A stretch of DNA of 64,000 nucleotides, taken from Octopus sinensis. Lineage: Eukaryota. The position numbers and the translations under genes were made by a program. The stretch is taken from positions 93,496,001-93,560,000 of the forward strand of contig NC_043000.1 in assembly GCF_006345805.1 (NCBI RefSeq), written 5' to 3'. This document shows positions 26,565 through 37,953 of the stretch, piece by piece. The notes beneath the pieces are model-generated. The model had not been told where the DNA came from and searched no databases. It worked only from the letters and a program-made list of their open reading frames with translations. The stretch's first letter is position 1, and each line of letters starts with the position of its first letter.

Positions 26565-26761
26565 ATGTGACCACGTGTGTACCGTTGGCGATTTTTTCCC
26601 TCCGTCTTCCCTTCTCTGGATCTTTCCTTTTCCTATGTTTCTGACGAAGAGCTCCGCTCGAAACGTAAAACCCTTCCTTCCTGAGCGTCCAATAATACTA
26701 TTTTTGGTCCACGTCCTCGCGTTGTTGTGTTTTCCCTTTGTGTTTTCATGTTTGGATTAAC
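26565..26761 (+). mobile_element. ~200-bp hammerhead-bearing mini-element, family A copy 2
   Basis: ATGTGACCACGTGTGTACCGTTGGCGATT...TTTGGATTAAC followed by (TA)n. Confidence 0.85.
26637..26671 (+). ncRNA. Minimal type I hammerhead ribozyme (family A copy 2, intact core)
   Basis: Stem I GUUU/AAAC; CUGACGA; extra A; stem II GAGC/GCUC; GAAA; palindromic ACGU; GUA^ after 26667. Confidence 0.8.
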
Positions 26762-26818
26762 TTTATATATATATATAGGGGCAGGAGTGGCTGTGTGGTA
26801 AGTCGCTTGCTTACCAGC

Positions 26819-26850
<32 letters not shown>

Positions 26851-27357
26851 CATATATACATATATATAAGTGTGTGTGTGTGTGTGTGTGTGTACGCGCG
26901 CGTGTGTGTATGTATAGTATGTACATCACAGTCTATAAATCACTGACAACTGAAGGGGATTGAAAACAATGCGCTACTTAGTGATTACTAAATAGTATAA
27001 ACGTCGACATCGTTCTAGTATAATAACCAACACTGTATGTTTAGCTGACACAGATAAAATGTTTTTGGAGCGAGTCGTCGAAATTATAGTTCGTTGGCTT
27101 TCTGATGTTTACAGATGAGTACCGGGTGTCATATTAGAGTCGAAAATTTCTAATAGACCGAGTCCCAAAAGCGGGTTCAATTCCCAGTTGAGTCATTTAG
27201 ATATATTTACTCTTTTATACTTGCTATATCTCAATCGTAGTGTATATTCCGGAGAAGGTTTAACATGCAGTTTAGTGTCGTAAGAAAAAAAAAATGGAGG
27301 TAAATTGCCAGATGTGACGATGGTGAAATCCTATAATTTCATAAAAACTGGTACCTA

Positions 27358-28268
27358 CTTGGTGATCGGGCTAAACTTGAGGATTTTCTCCTTGTCTTTT
27401 CTTTTCTCTTTCTTTTCAATTTTTTTTTCTCAGGAACAGCTTGATGTATTAGTGAACAGTCACCGGCGTTGGAGAGCATAAAGATTAAAGTTGTAATGGA
27501 GAAAAAGTTAGCTGACATGGAGGACTGGAAGCCATTTGAATATCGACAAAAAGTTACCAGTTACATGAGGATTCGCACTGTGTATCAAAATGCTGGCATC
27601 ATGACTGCTGTTCGATGCTCTGTGGACACTGTAAAGGCTGTAAGGTGTGACATAGACATCATGAAAACCAAGTTTCCCCAAACTGTCATGGTCTTACGGT
27701 GTCCTTAGTGAGAGTGGTGTCATGCCACGCCCACAACTTTGTACAGGGCCTTAGGCTCAATTCAGACGGCTATGTGAAGCTACTGGAGACTGTGGTCAAA
27801 TCCTGGCAGGAGAGGTTTGCTACTGAAAAGCCATATGTGTGATACCTGGATTCGGCTCCATGCCATACCTCCAGAAAGAACCAGAAGGGATTGTCAGAGA
27901 ATTTTCTAAATCTTCATTAACCCCAATTTCTGATCTCCTAATTCTCTCCATTGTAATCCCATGGATTATTATGTGTGGGACGCGGTTGAGAAAGATACCA
28001 AACGCTCAGCCGGCAGCACCAAGGCGGAGCTGGCGGCCAAGATCAATGTGTTCGAAGATCTTCGCAGGAAATCAGTGAGGAACACATGCGCCAGGTTTCG
28101 GAGTCATCTTCAGGCAGTGGTGGAAGCTGAGGGTGGCTACTTTGAGTAAACCGTTATCTCCTACCCGGTTGATATTTTATGAGTTTGCAAAACTCTTTTA
28201 TTTTTTGATGGAATATTGCGTTTTCTTTTCCTCTCATGCAAACTGTCAAATTTAGCCCGAACACCCTG
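27358..28268 (+). mobile_element. Internally deleted Tc1/mariner DD37D (maT-like) transposon
   Basis: TIRs GGTGATCGGGCTAAACTTGA / TCAAATTTAGCCCGAACACCCTG; remnant KTKFPQTVMV, LRLNSDGYV, DSAPCH..NPMDYYVW (37-residue spacing by hand, across one frameshift), AVVEAEGGYFE*. Confidence 0.88.
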
Positions 28269-29036
28269 CAGTTATATAATATGTTCTTGTGATAGCATGC
28301 GCATTTCTGAAAGCAGGTGAGGCACACCACTGCAGCTTATTCTATCCAACATCGAAATCCAGTGAAAAGCTACAGGAACGCGTTTACTATCCGAAGGATG
28401 GGCTTCCTATATTAGTTTAGTTTTGAAGTTGGAATTATTGTTTAAGTTTTGTTGACCCAACGTTGAGAGCATTCATATACTGACTATCGAAGGCCAATGG
28501 ATATTCGCCTAAAGGCGATAATGCAAAAACAAATGATGCGTTATTTACATTGTGTATGTATGGTCATATCTGGCAAAATAAGTCCAGAGACCGTGGAAAA
28601 GCTATATGTAGGTTCTATGCATCATTTTCATGTTATCTAAATAATCCTTTCTACTAAAGGCACAAGAGGGGAGGGGACTAGTCGGTTAAATCGACTCCAG
28701 TGTTTCACTGGTACTTGATTTATCGACCCCAAAAGGACGAAAGGCAAAGTCGACATCGGCGGATTTTGAACTTAGAACGTAATGACGGACGAAATGCCGC
28801 TAAGCATTTTGCCCGGCATGCTAACGATTCTGGCAGCTCGTCGCCATGTTATCTAAATAATAATGAAATTACGGCAATTCACTGTCGTTATTTTCCAGTT
28901 CTTATCACAATCTATTTTTACTTTTTAGGACACTCAACTGCATGTGAACCTGGAGAAGGGCAGGAACTATTGAGTTCACCTTTTCTTCTTTTATTTACCT
29001 AGACTGATATCAAACCGTTATATGGCACGCGCGCGC

Positions 29037-29720
29037 GTGTGTGTTTGGTAATCTCCAGAGTACAGGGCCGGATTAAGACCCATAGAGGTCCTACGCACCA
29101 AGCACTCAAACTATTTTGGTGACCCCATATAAATGTAATTCGTTACTACACTTGACCTGTCAGTTTTTTCGTAACGGTATCCTTATGGGCTCAAAACTTA
29201 TGTTCAACCTACGATCGAGATATACAAACCATTTGGTTGCAAAGCGAGCTTCTTAACTACACATCCAATAATTTTATTGAGAGTGACTTCGAAGTCTCTC
29301 TGGTCGGCACTCAACTGATACGTATTTTATTGACCCAAAAAGGATGAAAAGGAGAGTCGACATCGGCGGAATTTGAACTCAGATGGACGAAATACCACTG
29401 AGCATTTCGCCCAGCATGCTAAAGTTTCTGCCAGTTCACCGCCTTATCATGGTGCTATAATTTTTGCAATTATAAAAAAAAATGTAGGTGAAAACTATTG
29501 AAATATAATTAAAGTTGAAGTATACAAAAATAAACATTATTTTCCCTCTTACTGTTAGATTTGTTTAATTCCGAAAAATAATATTTTATTTTATGGTTTA
29601 TTATTGTTTATATTTTGAATTACATTTGTATGGGGGCACCAAAATAGTTTGAGTGCTTGGTGCTTAGGACCGCTTTGGGCCTTAATCCGGCCCTGTGCGC
29701 TGGAGATTGCCAAACACACA
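29037..29720. mobile_element. MITE-like element with ~105-bp inverted arms and an internal SINE 2 remnant
   Basis: Arms 29037-29141 and 29617-29720 contain CAGGGCCGGATTAAG / CTTAATCCGGCCCTG. Confidence 0.8.
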
Positions 29721-30073
29721 CACACACATGCATACTTTTATTCTCTTATACGTTTCAACCCTAAACCTGTGGCCATGATGGGGCACCGCCAATGAAAAAT
29801 ATGGAAAGCTTCACGAATTTGAGTGTCATCCTAACGCAGGGCATACTCTCTCTCTCTTTACTCTCTTTACCCTCTTACTCTTTTACTTGTTTCAGCCATT
29901 TGACTGCGGCCATGCTGGAGCACCGCCTTTAATCGAGCAACTCGACCCCGGGACTTATTCTTTTGTAAGCCCAGTACTTATTCTATCGGTCTCTTTTGCC
30001 GAACCGCTAAGTAACGGGGACATAAACACACCAGCATCGGTTGTCAAGCAACACAGACACACAAACACACACA

Positions 30074-30121
<48 letters not shown>

Positions 30122-30774
30122 TATATATATATACATATATACATATATACGACGGGCTTCTTTCAGTTTCCGTCTACCAAATCCACTCACAAGGCTTTGG
30201 TTGGCCCGAGGTATAGTAGAAGACACTTGCCCAAGGTGCCACGTACATTTTTTATTAAAAAATTCCGTAAATTACCGGGAATGACGTCATGTGTCGGTAA
30301 AATCAGCTGATATAAACAAATTTTCTATTTGCTTTACTTAAAACGATAAAATGCCCAAAGCAGTTTCGGATTATGCTTCATAATTTTACTGACAGTAACT
30401 TCGAAGTTCCTTGTGGTCAACGTCCTAGTCAAACTGTTTATGTATGCATAATACTTTCAAGATATGCTATGTATGAATAAAAGATATGGTGATCATAACT
30501 GGAACGTGTGTAATCATAGGTTGGAGGTCAACTTGCTCAAGGGCTGACTTGCAACTAATCTATATTAGATATAAGGAACTGATAAACGCTATAAGTTCCA
30601 GAAATTTCTTCAATTCAAATCGTTCCAAGCGGAGGAAGTATGTGTATGTGTGTGTGTGTGTGTGTGTGGTGTGTGTGTGTGTGTGTGTGAGTGAAAAAAA
30701 AGGTGAAGTTATTTACACTCTTGGTTTAATTAATGTCGCAAACATAATTAGTTTTAATGATAAAACTGATGGCA

Positions 30775-31072
30775 CACGATGAGAATAACGGCAGCGGCGA
30801 CAACGACGAGATGATGAAGATGATGATGATGATGATGATGATGACCGTTGTGACGATAATCGTGGTGGTGGTGGTGGTAGTGGTGGTGATGGTGGTGGTG
30901 ATAATGACAATGAATGTGATGGTGATGATAGCGATGGCGATGATGATGCGGATGATGAAGATAGCGATAGCGTTAATGGGGGTTGATGATTGTAAAAAGA
31001 ATACGTTTTAACTGTGGTGATGCCGAGGATGATAAATAAGTGGTTGATGATGATGATGACGATGATGATGAC

Positions 31073-31103
<31 letters not shown>

Positions 31104-31217
31104 GGGGGGGGGTGATAGGTGGGTGGTGGCGTTGTTGGTGACGGTTATACTGGATGCAAACTGCGATGATGATAAATGTCTTGGTAGCAATGACGACGAC
31201 GACGACGACGACGCGAC

Positions 31218-31250
<33 letters not shown>

Positions 31251-31345
31251 AATGGTGGTGGTGGCTGTGGTGGTGGTTATGGTGTGTGTGCGGTATGTCG
31301 GTGATGATGATGACGACGACGAGGAGGGAGGTCCTTATGGCGGTG
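30775..31345. repeat. (GAT/GGT/GAC)n compound triplet repeats
   Basis: Direct reading. Confidence 0.9.
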
Positions 31346-31667
31346 ATGGTGCCCGTTTCGTTTATTGCTCTCTCGCTCCACGCAGCTATGAAATGATTCA
31401 TCATTTAAGATTACACGGTTAAAACATTTAATAATTAAGAAATGCTTGAATATCAATCAAGATGATGGATTTAATTACGATTTCACTTAATAGTCTATGT
31501 TGGTCATACACACACACAAACATACACATACCACACATATTGTCATATTGTGTTTTATGTATACATACACACATACATATGTTTGTGTGAGTATTGTGTA
31601 TGTGTGTGTGCATGAGTGTGTGTGTGTGTATATATGTATGTATATATGTATATATATATATATGTAT

Positions 31668-31698
<31 letters not shown>

Positions 31699-31988
31699 CA
31701 TACATACATATATATATACATACGTATACACACACACACACACACATATATATATCTATTCTATTATTCTTTTACTTGTTTCAGTCATTTGACTGCGGTC
31801 ACGCTGGAGCAACACATTAGAGGGGTTTTTTTAGTCGAAGAAACTGATCCCAGGACTTCTTGTAAACCTAGTACTTATTTTATCGGACTATTTTGCCAGA
31901 CTGCTATGTTACGGGAACGTAAATGCCCTGACATCGGTTGCCAAACGATGGTGGTGGGGACAAACACAGACACAAAGACCCACACATG

Positions 31989-32041
<53 letters not shown>

Positions 32042-32344
32042 CCGATAAATCCGCTCGCAAGTCTTTGGTCGACCCGAGGCTAGGAAGACACTTACCCAAG
32101 GTGCCATGCAGTAGGGCTGAACCTGGAACCATGTTGTTGGGAAGCAAGCTTCTTACCACACAGCCACGTCATACATACATACATACATACATACATAAGC
32201 GATTGATTACAGATAGGTTACTGCAAGTTTCGTGTCTTGCTAAGGCTTTCTTCAGATTTGCTCCTTGTTAATGAACATAAACTTACAATTTACAGATCCG
32301 CACCTCCAGACACTCACACTTGTTATTTTTTGCAATTATGTCTG

Positions 32345-32700
32345 TACATTAAGTGGCGAGCTCAACTCAACTGGTACTTAATTAATCGACTCCCGAAAGG
32401 ATGGAAGGCAAAGTCGACCTCGGCGGAATTTGAACTCAGAACGTAACGGCAGACGAAATACCTATTTCTTTAATACCCACAAGAGGCTCAACTCAGAGAG
32501 GACAAACAAGGACAGACAAACAGATTAAGTCGATTACATCGACTCCAGTGCGTAACTGGTACTTAATTTATCGACACCGAAAGGATGAAAGGCAAAGTCA
32601 ACCACGGCGGAATTTGAACTCAGAACGTAACGCCAAACGAAATACGGCTACGCATTTCGCTCGGCGTGCTTAACGATTCTGCCACCTCACTGCCTTTTCA
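32345..32700 (-). mobile_element. SINE family 2, dimeric form
   Basis: Junction CAGACGAAATAC|CTATTTCTTT at ~32460. Confidence 0.85.
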
Positions 32701-32916
32701 ACGTAATAAGTATTACAGCATGGCCGCAGTCCAATAACTGTCACAAGAAAAATATACAAGGTAGTACAATAGATAGGAATTGGGGGAAAGCGGAGAAATT
32801 ATGTAGTCGTAGAACAGTAGTTCCCAACCTGGGGTCGGCAGACCCTGGTGATCCGCAAAGGTAGTACTGGGGGTCTGTGAACTAAATTCAAAATTATATA
32901 TATATATATATATATA

Positions 32917-33126
32917 CAGGATGGCCCAAAAGTAGGTTTACAGTTATTCAACTATCTCTTTCGCATTCATATATTAACAGGTTGGATCTTTATTTAAAAA
33001 AAGTGAAACCATTATTCTATGCTAATTTAGTTAATTGTAAGATAGAAATTTAAATGTAATAACATATCTTAAGAGAAATTTAAAGTGCCTGCGTGATAAC
33101 TGTAAACCTACCTTTAGGCCACCCTG
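32917..33126. mobile_element. Tc1/mariner-type MITE (210 bp)
   Basis: TIRs CAGGATGGCCCAAAAGTAGGTTTACAGTT / AACTGTAAACCTACCTTTAGGCCACCCTG; TA flanks. Confidence 0.85.
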
Positions 33127-33291
33127 TATAACTCGTTGACTGCTATTTCTAAATTCGGTGTGTGGTGAGGCAATTCGTTGCTAAACCCTAATTGCTTAGT
33201 ATATAATATATTATATATATATATATAATATATATATAATATATATATTATATATATACTTTATGTAAAAGCAGCAGAAATATAACAAAAG

Positions 33292-33329
33292 CGGTTACTC
33301 AGAGTTTCACGTTCCCGTTCGTCGGACAG
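33292..33329 (-). ncRNA. Mirror-image hammerhead motif in the left arm
   Basis: Reverse complement reads UGU-CCGACGA-ACGGGAACGU-GAAACUCUGAGUA^ACCG; weaker stem I. Confidence 0.55.
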
Positions 33330-33335
33330 TTTTGT

Positions 33336-33373
33336 TTGTCCGACGAACGGGAACGTGAAACTCTGAGTAACAG
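33336..33373 (+). ncRNA. Minimal hammerhead ribozyme in the right arm (U4C core variant)
   Basis: UUGU-CCGACGA-ACG GGAA CGU-GAAA-CUC U GAG-UA^ACAG. Confidence 0.65.
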
Positions 33374-33476
33374 CTTTTGTTTATTTCTGCTGCTTATAAA
33401 AAAGCATATTACTCTACCTCTGGTATTTGAGTACTCTTTTTTTCCACCTTGCTTCACATTTATGTGCTTACTCCGG

Positions 33477-33560
<84 letters not shown>

Positions 33561-34738
33561 AGGGCAGACATATTAAAAGGTGTCCGTGGGAAAACTTATT
33601 TAAATAAAAGGGTGGGAACCACTGTTGTGAACCATTGTGAGAAGGTTGGGAACTACTGTTTTAAAACGACTATGTCTTACCTTTACTTAGTAAAAAAAAA
33701 AAAGAAAAGAAAAGAAAAAGGAAAATGAAAATGGTGTAGAGTCTTACCTATTATTGCAAAAAAGATTGGTAGTATCCGATTTGTAATAAGAGAAATCTGC
33801 CAAAAGAGAAAAAAGAAATTTTATGTAATAAAGGATTGAATTAATATATAAAACAAATTTGTAAATTCACAAATAAGACTGAGAAAATATTAATTAATAA
33901 GGGTTTCAAATTTTGGCACAAGGCCAGCAATTTTCGGGGAGGCTAGGTCGATTACATCGGCCGCAGTGATCAACTGGTACTTATTTTATTGACCTCCGAA
34001 GGGATGGAAAGCAAAGTCGACCTCGACCTCGGCGGAATTTGAACTCAGAACGTAAAGAGGAACGAAATGCCGCTAAGCATTTTACCCAACCGCGGTAACG
34101 ATTCTGCCAGCTCGGCGCCTTAATAATAATCTGCTATAATAATACTCTTGTGTTTTTTTTTCTCCCTCTCAACATATTAATGAGAAAGGAAGGGGTGATA
34201 GATGAATAAGGAAGGAAGGGGTGATGCAAACTGGTAGTGGGAGCGTTTCAACTCTGTGTGAGTATATGTGTGTGTATGGAAAAGAGAGGTGTGTAAATGT
34301 TTATTTGTGTGTGTGTGTGTGTGTGTGTGTGCAATGGAAGTGGGATGGTGAACGTTCATCGCTGGAAAGAAAAATAAAACAACGTTTCAACTCTGTGTGC
34401 GTATATGTGTGTGCGTGTGCAAGAGAAATATTTTAAGTATCTGTGAACCAGCATTGTTTCAGTAACAAACGATGATCGATGTCACATCTCAAAAGACAAC
34501 CATTATATAACACTGACAAGTGTATTAATTTGATTTCAGAGCAATTTCAGAGCAAGGTGGATGTCGATTACATCGACCCCCCCCCCCCAATGCTCAACTG
34601 ATGATTATTTTATCGACCTTGAAAAGGATGAGAGGCAGAGTCAACCTCGGCGAAATTTGAACTTAACGTGAAGACAGATGAACTGCTGCTAAGCATTTTT
34701 CCCCAGCGTGTTAACGATTCTGCCAGCTTACCGCCTTA

Positions 34739-34773
<35 letters not shown>

Positions 34774-35094
34774 AATAATGATGGCACAAGGTCAGCAACA
34801 TTTAAGGGAAAGGGTAAGACGATTTCATCGGCCTTAATATTTGACTGATACTTTATCTTTTCGACCTCGAATGGATGAAAGGCAAAGTTGACCTCGGCCG
34901 CAGTTGAATTCAAAACGAAGAACGAAAAGAAATACTGCAGAATATTTTCCCCGACGGATTTCTAGATGGCAAAACAGAACCAAAATTCTAATTACACAAA
35001 ATGGTTGTAACATGATTTAAGAGAATAAGTAAAATATTTTAAATATGATAAAATAAATTAACGTTGAAATGAATTTTCTTACGTTGACAAGAAA

Positions 35095-35520
35095 TATTTA
35101 TTTCTTTATTGCCCATAGGGGGTTAAACATAGAGGGGATAAACAAGGACAGATAAACGGATTAAGTCGATTTCATCGACCCCAGTGCGTAACTGATATTT
35201 TAGTCGATCTCGAAAGGATGAAAGGCAAAGTCGACCTCGGCGGAATATGAACTCAGAACGTAACGGCAGACGAAATACCTATTTCTATTTCTTTACTACC
35301 CACAAGGGGCTAAATACAGAGAGGATAAAAAAGGACAGACAAACGGATTAAGTCGATTATATCGACTCTAGTGTGTAACTGGTACTTAATTTATCGACCC
35401 CGAAAGGATGAAAGGTAAAGTCGACCTCGGCGGAATTTGAACTCAGAACGTAACGGCAGACGAAATACGGCTACGCATTTCGCCCGGCGTGCTAACGTTT
35501 CTGCCAGCTCGCCGCCTTGT
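35095..35520 (-). mobile_element. SINE family 2, dimeric form
   Basis: Junction CAGACGAAATAC|CTATTTC at ~35278, then a full head ending CTGCCAGCTCGCCGCC. Confidence 0.88.
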
Positions 35521-35649
35521 TGACAAAAAAACATTGCATTGTGAAAGTTTTAAGTGCTCAATGAGTAAATGCCAAAGATATATACACTTAACAAGAAGGA
35601 CGTGTATACATTCCCACACACATTCACATACACACATAAGTGTATATGT

Positions 35650-36135
35650 TTTATTTCAATATTTCTTGCCAATAGTGAAAGGGCCGGTTTCTAACCTAGG
35701 TTCAAGGCTCCTTCATTGGAATTTCAACATCAACAACAGGCTATTTTTGTTTGTTTGTATGCATGCATGCATGTATGCATGTATGTATGTATGTATGTAT
35801 GTATGTATGTATGTATGTATGTATGTATGTATGTATGTATGTATGTATGTATGTATGTGTACAGATTTATATGTTTTCTTTTATGTCTGTATTCTCATGC
35901 ATATAGTTGAATATCTAGACATGCTCATATATATCTAAATGATAAACTTCTGGAAAGTTTTGCAGATTTCTACAGTTCCAGTGATGGATTGGACCTGTAG
36001 GCTTCGAATTAGCTTTCTCCTATATGGTTTTGAGAAGCCAAATTTCTCAAGATTGGTATTTAGGCAGAGTGTTACACATCCAAGGGTCCCCCAATAATTA
36101 CAGGTATAAACTTGTAATCTGGATAGAGTAACTGC
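35650..36135 (-). mobile_element. 3' end of an RLE-type (R2/NeSL/HERO-like) non-LTR retrotransposon
   Basis: Minus-strand remnant LYPDYKFIPVIIG..LGCVT..NLEKFGFSKPYRRKLIRSLQVQSITGTVEICKTFQKFII* (stop 35935-35937), then 3' UTR with (ATAC)n. Confidence 0.7.
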
Positions 36136-36480
36136 AAAGAGCTAAGCTTGAAACGTCAATTTTTTCACTTCTAATTTTCCACTCGAACAATCACCGAGCG
36201 TCAAACTAATGTATTCACGATGAACGTCGATCTGATGTTTATTGCTTTCGTTTCTGTTTTTATTCTTGTAGTCACCTTCGTCAACGTTTTGCCTGACACA
36301 GGAAAAAAAATGTGTCGAAGTTGTCAGGAGGCGTTCGATGCCTCCTAGGGCTATACAACGGTGATGTACCCCCTACTGTTACGTTCTTGTTAGATTGACA
36401 GTATACAACCATTCTATCGCCCCACCACCGTACATGTCTCTACGAGAGATTTAGAAATTCAATATTTCTTATATATATAA

Positions 36481-36519
<39 letters not shown>

Positions 36520-36572
36520 AACTAAAAGACACATACACGTGTATTTTAACATTTTCTTATTATTATCAAAGA

Positions 36573-36604
<32 letters not shown>

Positions 36605-37212
36605 GTATTTTAATACTTTTGTGAAAACCAGTACTTATAACAACAAAGCTTATACAAAGCTTTACATTTTACTTTTGACAATCTTTTTTCTATAAAAGTG
36701 AAACCGGTCAAGTGAATAAACATCTTTAAAATTGCATTTTCAAACCTTCTTTCATATATATTTCCACTCGTGGGGTACCTTACAACTTCACTTTGTTATA
36801 TATAAATATATATATAGTAGTGGCGGGCTGGCAAGGTTGCCAGCTTGCAAGAGGGAGCGCGTGTACATGTCTACATGTCTCTTATATGTTTTAGACAGAG
36901 AGAGAGAGAGAGAGGGAGAGAGAGAGAGAGGGAGGGAGGGAAGAAGGTAATTCTGTGTGCGGGGGAGGGGTATGTGTGTGCGTATGTGTGTATGTGGTGT
37001 TTGATAATGTGTGCGTGTGATTCGAACGTCTGTTATTGCGTGGTTTTCTTGACGGCTAAAGTGTGAAGTGTGTGTGCATATAGTTATGCATGTGAAGAGT
37101 GTGTGTGTGTGTGTGTGTTTATGAATATCTGTGCTTATGGAAATGTGTGTGTGTGTGTGTGTGTATTTATGAATGTGTGTGGATATGAAAATGTGTGTGC
37201 GCATATGGAAAC

Positions 37213-37243
<31 letters not shown>

Positions 37244-37499
37244 CATCAGCATACGCGTAAGTGTTTGAGTGACAGCCTGCTCCTGCATATATATGTATAC
37301 ATGCGTGTGTGAAGAATACGAGAGTGTGTGTGCCTGCTGACGCATGACACCAACTGCAAGCCACGTCCTACGACTCTTCCACTGTGTCTGTGTGTTCGTT
37401 TCTGTGACAGCATTAAAGAATTGTCAACTGCTTCTAATAGCAACTAACTATACAACACACTGCATACCTATGTACGTACGTACGTCGTACTTCGTACGT

Positions 37500-37715
37500 A
37501 CGTACATACGTGGCGAAATGCTTAGCGGTTATTCGTCTGCCGTTACGTTGTGAGTTCAAATTCCGCCAAGGTCGACTTTGCCTTTCATCCTTTCGGGGGT
37601 CGATAAATTAAGTACCAGTTACGCACTGGGTTCGATGTAATCGACTTTAATACCTATGTCTGTCCTTGTTTGTCCCCTCTGTGTTTAGCCCCTTGTGGGT
37701 AATAAAGAAATAGGT
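37500..37715 (+). mobile_element. SINE family 2, 5'-truncated monomer
   Basis: GGCGAAATGCTTAGCGG..GAGTTCAAATTCCGCC..GGTAATAAAGAAATAGGTAT. Confidence 0.85.
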
Positions 37716-37892
37716 ATGTATATATTGTGAAAGCGCATGGCTCAGTGTTTAGAACGTCCGGCTCACAATCATGAGGTAGCGTGTTCAATTCCCGGACCGG
37801 GCTGTGCGTTGTGTTCTTGAGCAAGACACTTTATTTCACTCAGCTGTAGAAATGAGTTGCGGCATCACTGTTGCCAAACTGTACCGGCATTT

Positions 37893-37953
<61 letters not shown>

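Larger units (their letters stand above)
33265..33480. mobile_element. (TA)n-flanked fold-back element (family D) with ~58-bp arms
   Basis: Hairpin 33271-33393, 8-nt loop GTTTTGTT. Confidence 0.85.
32815..33658. mobile_element. hAT-like non-autonomous element hosting nested insertions
   Basis: TIR CAGTAGTTCCCAACCT (32815) / AGGTTGGGAACTACTG (ends 33658); flanking 8-mers TCGTAGAA/TTTTAAAA match only partly. Confidence 0.6.

Noticed and set aside
36221-36349. 42-aa hydrophobic short ORF with CxxC (MNVDLMFIAF..CRSC..)
   Set aside because: Hydrophobicity is expected from the T-rich composition, and there is no other support.
37469-37508. Perfect 16-bp-arm palindrome
   Set aside because: It follows trivially from the self-complementary (TACG)n repeat.
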